Position numbers and translations under genes: made by a program
Part shown: positions 1-13,563 of the stretch, piece by piece
Layout: each line of letters starts with the position of its first letter
How positions within the stretch are numbered: position 1 is the first letter of the stretch
NCBI GenBank assembly: GCA_964016885.1
Contig: OZ024749.1
Span: forward strand, 23,808,001 to 23,872,000
DNA: 64,000 nt
Direction: 5' to 3'
Source: Eledone cirrhosa
Taxonomy: Eukaryota
The notes under the pieces: model-generated
Seen by the model: the letters and a program-made list of their open reading frames with translations, nothing else
Told to the model about the DNA's origin: nothing
Database searches by the model: none

Positions 1-358
1 CACTCCATCGTTGGCCTGGTGCCTAAATTAGAAACCATATTTATTGAGTACAACACTGTTCAATGTAAAGAGGGAGAGAGAGTGAGAAACATATATAAAT
101 ATAAACCCCCCATAACCACACACTGCATATGTATGTATATATATGTATGTCTAGTACTCATCTTTTTCCATTTATCTGAGGGTTGTAAACCCCATTATCA
201 GGATAAAATTTCTTTAGTCAAAAATACGATGAAAGCTATTCTATTTTCTAATTTCAAACTTGCTCACTGTTTCAAAACATACTTACTTGTCATATATATA
301 TATGCTATGACTGAATTTTAACCACCAACACAGTCAAGGTATGTCAGACATCAATTTA

Positions 359-420
359 TTTTATCTGATGAGGACATACTGTTGAAATAGCTCAGTACCT
401 CTGATATATGTATAATAAAA
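359..420 (+). ncRNA. Degenerate type I hammerhead-like motif
   Basis: ttttat-CTGATGA-stem II-GATA (GAAA mutated)-TATGTA-TA-ataaaa; same layout as 62319-62379. Confidence 0.45.
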
Positions 421-619
421 TATATTTGATCACATGAATGTCTATATTTATTAATATTTTGAAGTAATATATATATATATAAACTTGTTTATAGAATTCT
501 TTCTGCCTTTGTTACTCTAAAAATAAACTATAGCTTTGAAAAATTAGCTTTTAATGAATTCCCTTTTCTATGAACCAATGACCTACACCCATCCCACTCC
601 CTACCCTCTCCTACCACCT

Positions 620-713
620 GAAGAGACCTATAAATACCATAGTTATTTTTTGATACCCAGATTCCTGATGATTTCTAAAGAATTTAACAGTTCTAGTCCT
701 GTAGAATCTCATC

Positions 714-716
<3 letters not shown>
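620..716 (+). repeat. Dispersed copy of the 195-bp HHR repeat family (GAAA core mutated)
   Basis: gatacccagattcctgatgatttctaaagaa...agtcctgtagaatctcatctatat matches 28274-28372 and ends in (TA)n. Confidence 0.75.
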
Positions 717-755
<39 letters not shown>

Positions 756-1006
756 GTAGGAGGTGAGTTTTATTGTAGTACAATAAAGCAATGCAGATAT
801 CGTGTAAGAAGCACTCTACAGTTTGTAGGACTGGAGTATACATAATATATAAGAACAAAAGATGGTTAAAAGAGTTCCATGTATTTTATTATGCGCATTT
901 CAAAAACAAATATCATCATGCAATAATATTTGTGTTTTCATCAGATAAAATAGGAAGACATGATATGAAGGTTAAAAAACACTTGTGGATATGTTGATTT
1001 AAAACT
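756..1006 (-). mobile_element. Solo 3' end (pLTR) of the Penelope-like element, with HHR at 884-950
   Basis: Reverse complement of 41260-41513. Minus strand reads ttttat-CTGATGA-aaacacaaatattattgcatgatgatatttgttttt-GAAA-tgcgca-TA-ataaaa; abuts (TA)n. Confidence 0.85.
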
Positions 1007-1620
1007 GTATACCCATGCTAGCACATATCTAGGTTTTGTCTTAGTAACTTTGTAAATTTTTATAATTTTCTTATTTTACGTCTTTCATATAATTGTTCTG
1101 CATCCCCTTGCATTGAACCACAAAGCTACTAAGACAAAACCTATATATTTGCTAGCATGGATATACATATGTATATATATGTTGGTAGATATACTATTTC
1201 TTTATAATTATCTCCAAATTATTTTGTTGAGAAAAATTTGCCAAAACTACTGCTATGCTTCATAGTAATAGCCAGGCTACTGTCTTATTAGCACCCCAAC
1301 TCCTCACTGATTGACCTCGATGTCACGTGATTGATTCTTTTGAATTCGCCACCGACTAAGTAGGCAGTGATTTTTTCAATGTTCTGTAATTTAGTCCTCG
1401 CTTGCTTTTTTCCATCCACTGAATTATTTTTGTACAAGTTCCCTGTGTCCACGCATTGCCTGGGACTTAGCTGAGAACAGATCTCCCTGATGACGAAAGG
1501 ATATTTCTCCATGTTGTTCCAATCGGAAACCATGTTTATTCCATTTCAGAAACTAATTAGTTGGAGTGAAATTTTAGTAAGTAAGTAAAAATTTATAATT
1601 TTCTTATTTTACGTCTTATA
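1007..1620 (+). mobile_element. Fold-back HHR element (inverted arms ~1007-1055/1120-1166, HHR 1483-1566)
   Basis: ctcc-CTGATGA-long stem II-GAAA-CTAATTAG-TT-ggag with palindromic stem III; 1052-1083 is repeated at 1584-1615; ends in (TA)n. Confidence 0.65.
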
Positions 1621-1710
1621 TATATATATATGTATGTATTTATGTATATATGTATTTATATATATGTATATATATAAATGTACTGATATATATATATATA
1701 TATGTGTGTG

Positions 1711-1784
<74 letters not shown>

Positions 1785-2048
1785 AATGAAAAATGGCGAG
1801 CTGTGTTATTGTGAATGGGATACATATGAATAAAAATTAGAAAGAGAAGCCAGGACTATCCATCATCAGTGATCTACTAGCCATCATATGTATTTCCTCG
1901 CATTAAAGATCAGATACCTCAGGCTAGCGCGAACAATAACTAAAATAACTTATTGGGATAAAAAGAATTGGGTGGTGAAAGAGAGACAGGTAAACAAACA
2001 AGAAGTTGAGGCAACGTGAAGAGAGGAATATATATATATATATATATA

Positions 2049-2178
2049 TAACGAAGGAAATGTGGTAAGGAACCAGGTGGACCATAACGCACCAAAGTAC
2101 TCAATACTTAGGGTAGTAGAGTGGGTAATAGGAACAAGTAAGACCCCGACGGCTGAGCTCAAGCCGTTTCGACGGCTA

Positions 2179-2180
<2 letters not shown>
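2049..2180 (-). repeat. TA-flanked dispersed repeat carrying the 3' half of an HHR
   Basis: Same family as 28603-28780, 48074-48420 and 63372-63556; minus strand GAAA-CGGCT-tgagctc-AGCCG-TC-gggg. Confidence 0.7.
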
Positions 2181-2277
<97 letters not shown>

Positions 2278-2305
2278 TATATATATATACATTTATATAT
2301 ATATA

Positions 2306-2373
<68 letters not shown>

Positions 2374-3206
2374 AATATATGTCTGGGTGTTGTTACGTGA
2401 GTTTGTGCTTGCACGTCTATGTGAATGCATGACTGTTTGTGACTGTTCGTATGTCTGTCTATACACCCTCTACACAATCACATCTCACAAACACACATAA
2501 TATTTTCACCTTTATACTGATTAACATAGAATGAATGATGCAATGTCATAATGGTTTCTTTATTTGATGCAATGTCATAATACAGTCTTATAGATTTTGA
2601 CACTTTCGGGATTAGAATATTCAACTTGTGTGCATATTTCATATACAATCGTCATGGATTCATAATGAACGAATGCCATATACTAGCACGTATTTATATC
2701 CCCTGAATCACAGCCACAATTTAATGTCAGTGTCTTGCTTTGGACTTACAATCAACAGGCAAACAGACATTAACACGCAATACTCGCATGCATATACACA
2801 CATTCTCTCTCTCTCTCTCTCTCCAACGGCTGAGTTGGTAGACAAAAGCGGTTAACTAGTCAGCCATTGCTTTTGAACAACGTAACGCTTTCGCCAATGT
2901 ATATGATGATATTAATGGCGTCTCTATTGCATTACTTCGTAATAAATTACAACAATAACAATAGCAAAAAGCTATGATCGGCTCCCTGTAAGATGTATGA
3001 AGATCAAACATGGCTATAGTAGTGTTAGGAGAGTCAGATTACGTAGATGAAAGACATATAGATAGTATGTTGTAGCGGTAAAGCTGCGTGAATAGATTGA
3101 CGGGTGAAATAAATAGATAGGTTGATATATATATTGATAGATTGAAAGATGAATAAATAGAGAGATAGATTGAGAGATAGATTGATTGCTTGACACAAAG
3201 ATATGT

Positions 3207-3266
<60 letters not shown>

Positions 3267-3924
3267 GGAGAGGGTAAAACTGATGTATATATGTAAATAT
3301 ATATATATATATATACATATATATACTGATAGATATACATATATATAAATAGATGGGGAGATAGTTTATTTTAAATAGATAGATGATTAGATTTATAAAA
3401 AGACAGATACATAGTTGGATAGAACATATATATGTGTGTGTGGGGAGGGGGGAGTGTGTGTGTGTGTGTGAATATTTGTAAGTATGCATGCATGAATGTA
3501 TGTATGTGTATGCGTGTGCAAAGATAGATTGATATATTGATATATATTAATATATAAATAATGTTCCAAACAGACACAGATTCATATATAGATATATAAA
3601 GGTATGTAAATGAAAGGTACAAAAGCATGTCTTAATTGAAAAATTGATCAATAGTAAATTCATTCAAAAGACACACACACACACACACACACACACTTAT
3701 GTATGTGTATAAATATATATATATATGGAGGGGGCTGTGTGTGTGTTTGTGAGGGTGTGTGTATGGATGTGTCTATGTCTGTACATTAACAGAATGTTAG
3801 ATTTCCATGCATATAGACTTCAAAAGACAATAAAGGAGAAACATGATAGATAAGTAGCAATATATATATAAGTATGTATATATGTATACACACATATATA
3901 CATATATATGTACATATATATATG

Positions 3925-3970
<46 letters not shown>

Positions 3971-4237
3971 CATATATATATATATAAACATATATATATA
4001 TATGACCATATACATATATATATATATGTAAATATATATATATGAACATATATATATATATATATGTACATCATATATATATATATATGTACATTATATA
4101 TATGTACATATACTTCTACATATATATATATATATATAAATATAAGCAAGATGTATGGTAGGTCGTACGTAAATCGCGATGATCACGCCTGACCTACCAA
4201 ATATGCGACGGTAGCTAGTTAAGCTCTATGCGTATAA

Positions 4238-4294
<57 letters not shown>

Positions 4295-4559
4295 TTGATA
4301 GATATATATATATATTTATGAGAATGTACGGGAGATCGTTACACGTGTTTGAATCTCTAATTAGGGAAAAAAAATTAAGCTAGTTAAACATCTAACCTCA
4401 CTATAATTGTGAAACAGCAGATTGTTAACTAGGTAGGTGTATCTTATATAGATTTACTGAAGTATGGACTGGTTCATTGAGAGACTGTGTAGAATATTGA
4501 AAAGGTGGTGGGTGAGAGAAGTAATATGGTTTCTTTATTTTAATAAGACTGAGACAGGG

Positions 4560-4890
4560 ATAGATAGATAGATAGAGAGAAAGGGTATGAGAACGAGAAG
4601 GGGAGAGAGAAAGGGTGAGAGAGAGATAAAGAAAGTGTGTGAGAGAGAGTGACAAAGGCAGAGAGAGGGTGAGAGAGAGATAAAGAAAGTGTGTGGGAGA
4701 GACAAAGGCAGAGAGAGGGTGAGAGAGAAAGATATAGAAAGTGTGTGAGAGAGAGAGACAAAGGCAGAGAGAGGGTGAGGGAGAGAGATAAAGAAAGTGT
4801 GTGAGAGAGAGTGACAAAGTTATAGAGAGGGCGAGAGAGAGATAAAGAGAGAAAGGCAAAGAGAGGTTGTGAGAGAGGGAGAGGTAAAAG
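4560..4890. repeat. GA-rich minisatellite
   Basis: Repeated gagagagataaagaaagtgtgtg...acaaaggcagagagagggt units. Confidence 0.8.
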
Positions 4891-4905
4891 TGTGTATTTA
4901 CCCCC

Positions 4906-4984
<79 letters not shown>

Positions 4985-4997
4985 GTATGTATATTAT

Positions 4998-5092
4998 TTC
5001 TATAGGACTAGAACTGTTTCATTCGTATAAAATCATCAGGAATAAACAGTTCCTTTCCTGTAGATGACATTTCTATATAGGTATTGAGTACA
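4998..5092 (-). repeat. Diverged fold-back member of the 195-bp HHR family
   Basis: Minus strand attc-CTGATGA-ttttatacgaat-GAAA-cagttctagtcc; followed by an inverted aacagtt...cctgtaga segment. Confidence 0.55.
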
Positions 5093-5339
5093 ATTTCTAA
5101 CTGCGTGGCTCCTTCCCGATACAACTCTGAAATCTACGTCCTTTTTACTGGCCCAATTCCACCGAATCCTTTACTGTGCAGGTTTTATAAACCACATATT
5201 CTTATAGTTGTCACTGTTTATTTTAATATCATTTCATAACAACACGACAGATAGTGTCAGTTACATAGGAGCACTCAGCTCCTAACATAATCTTAGTGGC
5301 ACTTTATTTTCATACATCTTGAACATTTAAACACAGCCA

Positions 5340-5645
5340 ATGTCATTAGAACGTCGGATAGAATGCTTTATGGTATTCGTTCCGGCTATATCTACTCTCT
5401 GAGCTCAAAACCCACTGAGGTCAACTTTGCCTTTCATTCTTTCGAGATCGACAAAAAAAAAAAAAAGAAGTACCAGTCTAGTACTGTGCGTGGATTCTTC
5501 ATCTATATCTCTTTCTCATTTCCTCTGTCTCACTTTCTATCTTTCTCTGGAAGAAATCTACTGTACTCGGGCTTGGAGAGGGATGTGCTCCGCCAGGGTT
5601 GAAATGCCCAAGAAACGCCGTATATCAATACGACGCTCGCAGGAG
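5340..5645 (+). mobile_element. tRNA-derived SINE (Meta-domain-like), variant 3' tail
   Basis: gaggtcaactttgcctttcat...gtacca core; tail resembles 62790-62878. Confidence 0.6.
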
Positions 5646-6149
5646 TTACCGTACCCTACATACATACAATGTCTGCCAAATAAATAAATAGTATGGGTGA
5701 TAGAAAGGGAGATAGATCGATAGACAGTGAGTAAGAGAGCATCGGTCCGTATATTGATATGTTATACATGAAGAGGATTAAAAGGAAAATTGACCTTAGC
5801 GGAATTTGAACACGGTGCAACGCAGTATTTGGGAAATCTGCCGCAAAGTTTTCTATCAGACGTTCTAACCACTGGGCCACATAATTGCCCTAGGTTGATG
5901 TATAAAGTCAATTCTTTTATGTTTTGCACTTTTGTGCCTCAGTGGTTGCTTATTCCTTTGGACTTTGAACTCATATATTCCTTTGAATTTTGCTATTGTA
6001 GGTCTTTTGTGTTGGTGCCTTATGATCTTAAGTGTTTATTGTTAATCTCGTGTACAATTCTTCTTTCTATTCTTTCTATTCTTCTACTTCTGCTTCAGTT
6101 TAATTTGTTATTTGTAGTATTATTGATTTAATTATTTTTTTTATAATTT

Positions 6150-7010
6150 AAGGCGGTGAATTGGCAATCATAAGGAGTATCAGATAAAAAAAAACACATC
6201 GCCATTTATTCCGGTTCACCAGAAGCTTCTGAGTTCAAATAATACAGAGGACACGTTTGCCTTTTATGATTTCTATGGGGTTGAACAAGTACCAAGCCAG
6301 TAGTGAGGTCTCTTAGCTCTCTTTATTACTCACATAGACACGCGTACAAATCTGTGAAGGCGCATGTCTTAATGGTTTGAAAGTTGGATTCACAGTCGTG
6401 AGCTTTTGAGTTTGGTTCCTGGCCCGGGTGATGCGTTGGGGCTTTGAGCAAGACAACTTGACGTTGCTACAGTTTACTAAGCTGTAGAAATGAATGAGTT
6501 GCAACGTTACTGGTGCCAAGGTTTATCAGCTATTATCTTTCCCCTGGACAAGATCGGTGACGTGAAGAAGGGAGACTGGTATGCATGAGCGACTGCTGGT
6601 CTTCCACATGAATATGTTGACCAGGCTTGTGTCGACATCGATTTCTTTGTGAAAGTTTAGTGGCCATGTACCTAAATCAGAAATAATTATTAGGGCGGTG
6701 GATTGCAAGTGTCGATGGTGCGTCGGGCAAAAAGCATTATGTTATTTAATTTACGACATTCTGATTTCAAATACAGCCAAAGCCAACTTTTTCCTTTAAT
6801 CTTCCGGGTTAGATAAATAAAGTATCAGTTAAGTAGTGAAGAAGAATCGATAATATATCGATTTTCCTCATGCCCCTAATTTGCTGGGTTGGGGCCAATG
6901 TTATAAATAATTATTTGATAACTGTTATTCATAAACATCTATCTGGAATCGATTTAATCGACACCCTCTTCCCTAAAATTGTTGGTCTTGTATCTAAATC
7001 AGAAATCATT
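6150..7010 (+). mobile_element. Cluster of old SINE copies (Meta-like and CORE-like)
   Basis: ggcggtgaattggca head at ~6152, ttgagcaagacaactt CORE-like motif at ~6444, further head and tails at 6692-7010. Confidence 0.55.
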
Positions 7011-7096
7011 ATCTTTTATTAATCTTTTGTTCACTTATCACGGGACTTGTTGAAAAGCTGGAGACACCGTTAGCTCCCTATATAAAAACTGAAACA

Positions 7097-7250
7097 TAAT
7101 TGTTTCTACATTTGGCACAAGGCCAGAAATTAATCCAGTGTATTACTGGTACTTTATTTTATCAACCCCATAAGGATGAAAGGCAAAGTAAACCTCGGCG
7201 GGATTTGAAAAGCATGGTGTCCGACCCTCTACCGATACTGCCAATCCACA
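7097..7250 (-). mobile_element. tRNA-derived SINE (Meta-domain-like)
   Basis: Reverse complement of the SINE consensus seen at 9945-10135. Confidence 0.8.
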
Positions 7251-7280
7251 TGCAAGTAAGTTATATATCTATCTATCAAT

Positions 7281-7810
7281 CTAGGGCGGGTAAAATTCCC
7301 GAGGTCCATGGACGAGTTCTCTCCAGCGGTCTCTGTCCTTCATTATCGCTGCCATGTCCTGCGTCTCCAACAGACCAGTGTCTGTCCTTAGGGCATCAAC
7401 ATACATTAACCTTGGTCTTCCTCTTCCAGTGTGTCCATGTAGGGGCTCCCACAGGAGCACTGAATGCAATCTCAACTCTGGATGTCGGTGAGCATGTCCA
7501 GCTAACCTCAGTCGCCTCTGTGTCACTTTTGAGCTGACTTTTGGGAGGCTCTCATAGAGCTCTCAGCTTTTCATCCTCAGTGTATACTGATTAATGTTCA
7601 GAGCCATCCTCAGCATTCTCGTGTAGCACTCATCCACCATCTGAGTGAGTTTCTTGGTCAGTGTCCAAGTCTCAGACCGATGGGATGACAGAGTTCTTTG
7701 AGATACTGGCTGGAGTGCTCCAGGGAGATATATTGGCTCCCTACCTTTTTATCATCGTAGTGGACTATTGTATGCGCCTTGCACTGAAGTAACACCAGGA
7801 CTCTGGCTAT
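7281..7810 (-). mobile_element. RTE-clade LINE 3' fragment with inverted 5' part
   Basis: Minus ORF RRLRLAGH...LLWEP.HG...RGRPR..YVD is an RTE C-terminus; plus strand ~7703-7780 reads ILAGVLQGDILAPYLFIIVVDY (RT motif). Confidence 0.75.
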
Positions 7811-8577
7811 ATATCAATATAGATGTGTTATGAATTGTATTTTGAGGAAAACAAAGTCTTTAAAACGCATTGTGAAGTCCAGCCAAATAAGGTATTTTAA
7901 TAAAATTTAATTAAAATACGCTATATATAAAGCCTAAAATAAGTGTAACATTACACACACATCAGCAACAGGGCGAACACAGAGGAACCAAACTCCAACT
8001 GTCATCGCCTCCGTCTCTCCCGGCCTCTCAATCTCTCTCTATTATGAGCAAATGGGGTCCTACGCGCTGGCCACCCCACGGTCCGGGCGGACAGAATAGT
8101 GAAGGCGTTTCCCCTGAGGATGGTGAGGGAGATGCGTGGGAAAAGCTATTCCAGCTCTCGAATTTCACATCTGCGACTAGTCAGCTCTGCGCCGGTGGTG
8201 GTGAGTAGCGAGTTTGCCCTAGAGCCAAAGACACCAGAGGTCTCCACAGTTACAGGCTCGACTGCAAAACCTTTTGAAGAGAGAGAACGATATTTGGAGA
8301 GTTTACCCTCCTCAGCCCGAAGTGTGGTTATGTTTAATCTCTTACTAACTTTTGGAAAAATCGTATAACTGTTCAGTAATAAAAGAAATGTGGGAGGATG
8401 CCTGGTCTATAGTATAACTTATTTATTACTTACATCACACGTTTATATATACATAGAATATCACTGTCACTATCGCCATAAACCGTAGAAATCAACGATT
8501 CTTTGTCTCTTTTTACTGATGTGTGAAATCACACGAGAAGGATTTCTTCATGAGCTGTACGAAAACACAGTCGATTG

Positions 8578-8619
<42 letters not shown>

Positions 8620-8664
8620 CGTTCTCTCTTACACATGCACACATAAACACACACGCCTACTCAT

Positions 8665-8696
<32 letters not shown>

Positions 8697-8776
8697 TCGA
8701 AAATATTTCGAAAATATTCTTACTTGATATATATATACATATATATAAATTAATACACACAGACATATATATATTA

Positions 8777-8852
<76 letters not shown>

Positions 8853-9671
8853 GTGTGTGTGTGTGTGCATGTGAGTGGATGTACAGAGAATGATAGAAAG
8901 ACTGACAAACTGACAGACAGATACACGCCTATACACACACAGATTTAGTTGAAAACAATGCAACAACATTAACCCTATCTTGTTTATTATTACATGACAG
9001 AATACGTGGTGGGATTAGATCTCATCACCTTTGCCATATTCCAGTACATTGCATTTTCGCTTTTCATCTTATTTCAATGTTATCAATAAGACCTTTGGAA
9101 ATCAATAGTAATAATTCCGTATTCATTTTATCATTTCTTCCCGAGAATTGCTCCCTTCTTTGTATCCAGAGAAATAAAACAAGTTTTAGTTCATTTCATC
9201 CCCCCTCTTAATGTTATAGAGAATTTTCTAAACGTACCAAGGAAATTGTTCTGATTTGAGATTTGTTGTAATTCCGTTGTAGAAAGTTAAATGTGTTTAT
9301 ATGGTGATATATCATGTATATAAACTAAACGTTAGTTTCAGGAAATGTTTCACTGCAAAACTATTAGCGTCAACCCATCAAATATCCTCCGTTTTTATCG
9401 AAGAATCCTTTTAGTCTTTGGAATGAGTTTTCCGCTGAATTCCTTTATTCACTATTGCGATTCATACATCCACTGTGGAAATTTGTAATTTCTAGACACA
9501 TCTATTAGTATCCCGCGGATACTTTGATAAGTTGCCTGAAAGAAATACCGTGTGTTTAAAACGTAGTTGTCGAGAAACCTCGTGGGGTCCATTCAATAAA
9601 AATTGCGAAAGGTTTCCTTTGACTTTTGAAATACACACTCACATAATATATATATATATATATATATATAC

Positions 9672-9704
<33 letters not shown>

Positions 9705-9707
<3 letters not shown>

Positions 9708-10280
9708 TACGCCATGTGGCGTAGACATACAATGCAACAGGAGGAACATATTAGTACCGCTGATGATGTTGCAGATGTGCAACGAAAGAACTTTGTTAGA
9801 CTATATATATATGTTTATATCTGGATTGTTGACCGTTGGTCAGTCAATGATAAACATTGAGGACCAAATGAATTAACAGTGGAGATATAAAAGATACAGA
9901 AGCGAAAACCAACCAAACAGTGAGTGTGTTCTCTTATTATTTCTGGGTGAATTGGCAGTATCGGTAGAGGGTTGAACGCCATGCGTTGACGCATATAGTT
10001 ACTGCCCTTGCCATTCTGAGTTCAAATCCCGCCGAGGTTAACTTTGCCTTTCATCCTTACGGGGTCGATAAAATAAAGTACCAGTAATGCACCGGGAAAT
10101 TGCTGGCCTTGTGCCAAAAGTAGAAACAATTATTTCTGGCAGCCGAGGTTGACTTTGCCTTTTATCCTTACGGGGTCGATAAAATAAAGTACCAGTAATG
10201 CACTGGTTAATTGCTGGCCTTGTGCCTAAAGTAGAAACAATTATCACAGCAATATGACCCTTCCCCAAGTATAATAATAT
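9705..10280 (+). mobile_element. HHR-bearing TA-flanked element interrupted by two SINEs
   Basis: Hairpin atgtctacgcc/ggcgtagacat at the left end; CTGATGA-t-gttgca-gatg-tgcaac-GAAA at ~9760-9788; right end atgacccttccccaagtataa shared with 11396, 12100-12358 and 15004-15249. Confidence 0.65.
9945..10243 (+). mobile_element. Two tandem tRNA-derived Meta-domain-like SINEs (near full-length plus 5'-truncated)
   Basis: gtgaattggcagtatcggtagag (A-box-like)...gagttcaaatccc (B box)...gccgaggttaactttgcctttcatcc...gtcgataaaataaagtacca...aaacaattatt. Confidence 0.85.
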
Positions 10281-11427
10281 ATATATATATATTTGATTTG
10301 TACTTATGTTTTTATTGTTTTTTTTCTGAGATTCTCTAATACCTGTAAATCCTAAGAATTAAGTGTATTATAATTTAACATCTCCCATGTATAAGATTGA
10401 GTAAGAGAGTAATTTTTTTTTTCGTAGTGTGTTTCCTAACTCCATTGGTTGGACGGACCTGGAAGCTTATTTCTGTAAACGTAATCCTATTTCATGACCG
10501 CTAAGTGACTCCGCATGCAAGTCACTTGACCATCTGGCCGGGAAGTCTGTGATCTACAGAGTTCATTCACAGCTTCCGCTGGTCATCATTTTTCAGATGA
10601 ATGAACTTTAGTTACACGAAGGAAGTAATGTTTTCTACAACACAGTACAACGAATTATACTTGTATGATCCATAACCGATTAACTAGAACTCCCATCTAC
10701 ACCACATCGTTGAATGTTTGCCGAATAATTTAGTTTAATTACTGAAATAAATATACAGCCCCGACAGTTCAGTTGTAGCGCAATCTAGAATAAAATAGTT
10801 TTGCTTTGGGGATGATGGTTTACCTGTATTTGTATTGGTATAGGTACTACGGGGAGTTTGTGGCGGAGTATAATATAAATATTTCAAAAATTGTTGATAT
10901 ATACATGTTAGCGTTTAGAAAGCATCTGGATTAGAGCTGAATGTCCGGAGCACAAGATGTAAGTATCCTGTGTTCGATCCACAAAATGAGTGTCATGCTG
11001 TGTCCTTCAGTCCGGCAGTTGATTTAACGTTATTTCAGTCAAATCAGCTGGCAAAAATCAGTTATATCTGCTATTCAATATGCCAGCCGTGTCATACACT
11101 GTGTCACACTTAACCTCAATAAAAGCTACGTCCTGGCTGCTCTTCTCTTTGGAAAACTCAACAATTTATACGATAAATCTACCAGCAAGTATTTACGGTA
11201 TTCGAAGAACTGGAACACTTGCTGTAACAAGCGGTGAAGGTTCAACACAAACACATAACCTTGCCCTATATTTTCGTAGATTTTAAAACTATTTCCGTAT
11301 CACCGCAATCACAACTTTTTAAACACTGGAACAAATTATGCTGCTATATATTACATTAAGCATATGTTTTATATATAGAAATATATATACATATATTGTT
11401 ATACTTGGGGAGGGTCATATTGTTGTA

Positions 11428-11608
11428 ATAATTGTTTCTATTTTGCGGCACAAGGCCAGCAATTACCCAGTACATTACTGGTACTTTATTTTATCGACCC
11501 CGTGGAAAGGCAAAGTTAACCTCGACGGGATTTGAACTCGGATCATAAAGGGACGTAACTTTATGCTTCAAAGCATGATGTCCGACTCTCTACCGATACT
11601 GCCAATTA
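11428..11608 (-). mobile_element. Meta-domain-like SINE inserted in a copy of the 9.7/12.1-kb element (11396-11690)
   Basis: SINE reverse complement; flanks rejoin to match 12100-12200. Confidence 0.8.
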
Positions 11609-11804
11609 TTGCCAGAAATAATAACAGAACACACTCACTGTTTGGTTGGTCCTCGCTTCTGTATATTTTATATCTCGACAGTATATATATGGGAGAGGGT
11701 GTATGTGCCTATATATATATATATATATGTGTGTGTGTGGTTATATATATATATATATATATATATGGGGGGGGGTGTATGTGCCAATATATCTGTGTGT
11801 GTGG

Positions 11805-11847
<43 letters not shown>

Positions 11848-12039
11848 GGTTTTGGTATTGAAACATGATCTTTTTGAAGACGTCTCACATCAAATTTAAT
11901 AAACATCTTTTGATCAAGAATCCATACACATAAGGAAATGTAAATAAATATAAATACCAAAATCCTGAACACATGAACACATACTTGTATATAGATGCAT
12001 ATACACATACAGTCGTATATATATATATATATATATATA

Positions 12040-12360
12040 TGACGGCGTAAAATTTATTTTGCGAGGTTTTTGATATGAAATCGTGTGTCGAAATAAATAT
12101 TGTTATACTTGGGAAGGTTCATATTGTTGTAATAATATTGCCAGAATTAATAAAAGAACACACTCACTGTTTGGCTGGTTTTCGCTTCTGTATCTTTTAT
12201 ATCAGTTAATTCATTCGGTCCTGAATGTTTACCATTGACTGACCAACGGTTAAAAATACAGATATAATATAGATATAGACAACCAAACAGTGAGTGTGTT
12301 CTGTTATTCATTCTGGCAATATTATTACAACAATATGACCCTCCCTAAGTATAACAATAT
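12040..12360. mobile_element. TA-flanked fold-back element
   Basis: Inverted arms ~12097-12178 and ~12279-12359. Confidence 0.8.
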
Positions 12361-12374
12361 ATATATATATATAT

Positions 12375-12883
12375 TAATGAAAAAGAACAAAGGAATTATT
12401 ATGACATAATAACAAGTTTATTGCCGACAACCGTTTCGTCCGACCATATGGTGGGACTTTTCAAGGCATATAACATGTGATTGTAAGTTCATTATTTACA
12501 TCAACGTATCACTCAAGACACAGCAGTTTGAAATTGTGGTATACATAATGCGTAAATTATAAATTATCTAATTTTTAACCTTCAATCCCTGACTCCGACA
12601 ACTAATATAAAAGAGCCCCCTTAGAATATAGACCCCAAATATACATGCGGAGCTGCTGATGTATACCACAATTTCAAACTGCTAGTCTTGAGTGATACGT
12701 TGATGTAAATAATGAACTTACAATCACATGTTATATGCCTTGAAAAGCCCCACCATATGGTCGGACGAAACGGCTGTCGGCAATAAACTTGTTATAATGT
12801 CATAATAGTTCCTTTGTTCTTTTTCATATTTGGTAGCTCAGACGTGATCATCGCGATTCACATACGACCTATCATACATCTTG

Positions 12884-12886
<3 letters not shown>
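12375..12886. mobile_element. TA-flanked fold-back element with U3-A8 variant HHR in each arm (12736-12782 +, 12422-12468 -)
   Basis: Arms ~12377-12547/12659-12828; tgcc-TTGAAAA-g(t/c)cc-caccatatggtc-ggac-GAAA-cggytg-TC-ggca. Confidence 0.8.
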
Positions 12887-12950
<64 letters not shown>

Positions 12951-13563
12951 CTGTATATATATACATGTGTGTATATTTATATATGTATATATATATATAT
13001 ATACATTAAAACGGAAACAGAACCCATCAAGTTCAAGAAGTCTTTGGATAAATTCATTCAAGTAATCCTACAAAGTGATATGTCTCCGTAAAATATAACT
13101 CTCTACTTGAGTGGGTCATCGTATCCAAATCCTGATTTGAAAGATGTTGCTAGGTGGTACTGTTCAGTTAGGCATGGCATTGACCAATACTGGCCGGAAG
13201 TTTCCAAAGTTAAATTACATAATCATGTCTATAAACATAATTATATATATATGTATATACATATATATACATAAACACACATAGACATGCACGCACACAC
13301 CTATATATATATATATAGACTCATACACGAATGCGAGAAGTAATCGGAAAAGCACAACAAACGATGAAGTTCAATGTAGTGAAATATTTGTTTCATTCCT
13401 AATGCTGTATGATGTCTTGTCGTTTTGGACGCTAGACCTTCATCAAAATAGAGAATAAGAAATTAAAGAAGGAACTAAAATATAGAGGAGAGTGGCCGGG
13501 ACTAGGAATATAAAATGATTTCTCAGAGAAAGATGAGTTATCTTCATTATGTATACATACATA

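Noticed and set aside
7944-8440. Possible solo LTR (TGTAAC start, AATAAA)
   Set aside because: No matching end, target duplication or second copy visible.
12375-12886. Fold-back islands as ordinary MITEs or sequencing chimeras
   Set aside because: Arms are unequal in length, carry HHR motifs and differ by substitutions. Artefact is not formally excluded without raw reads.
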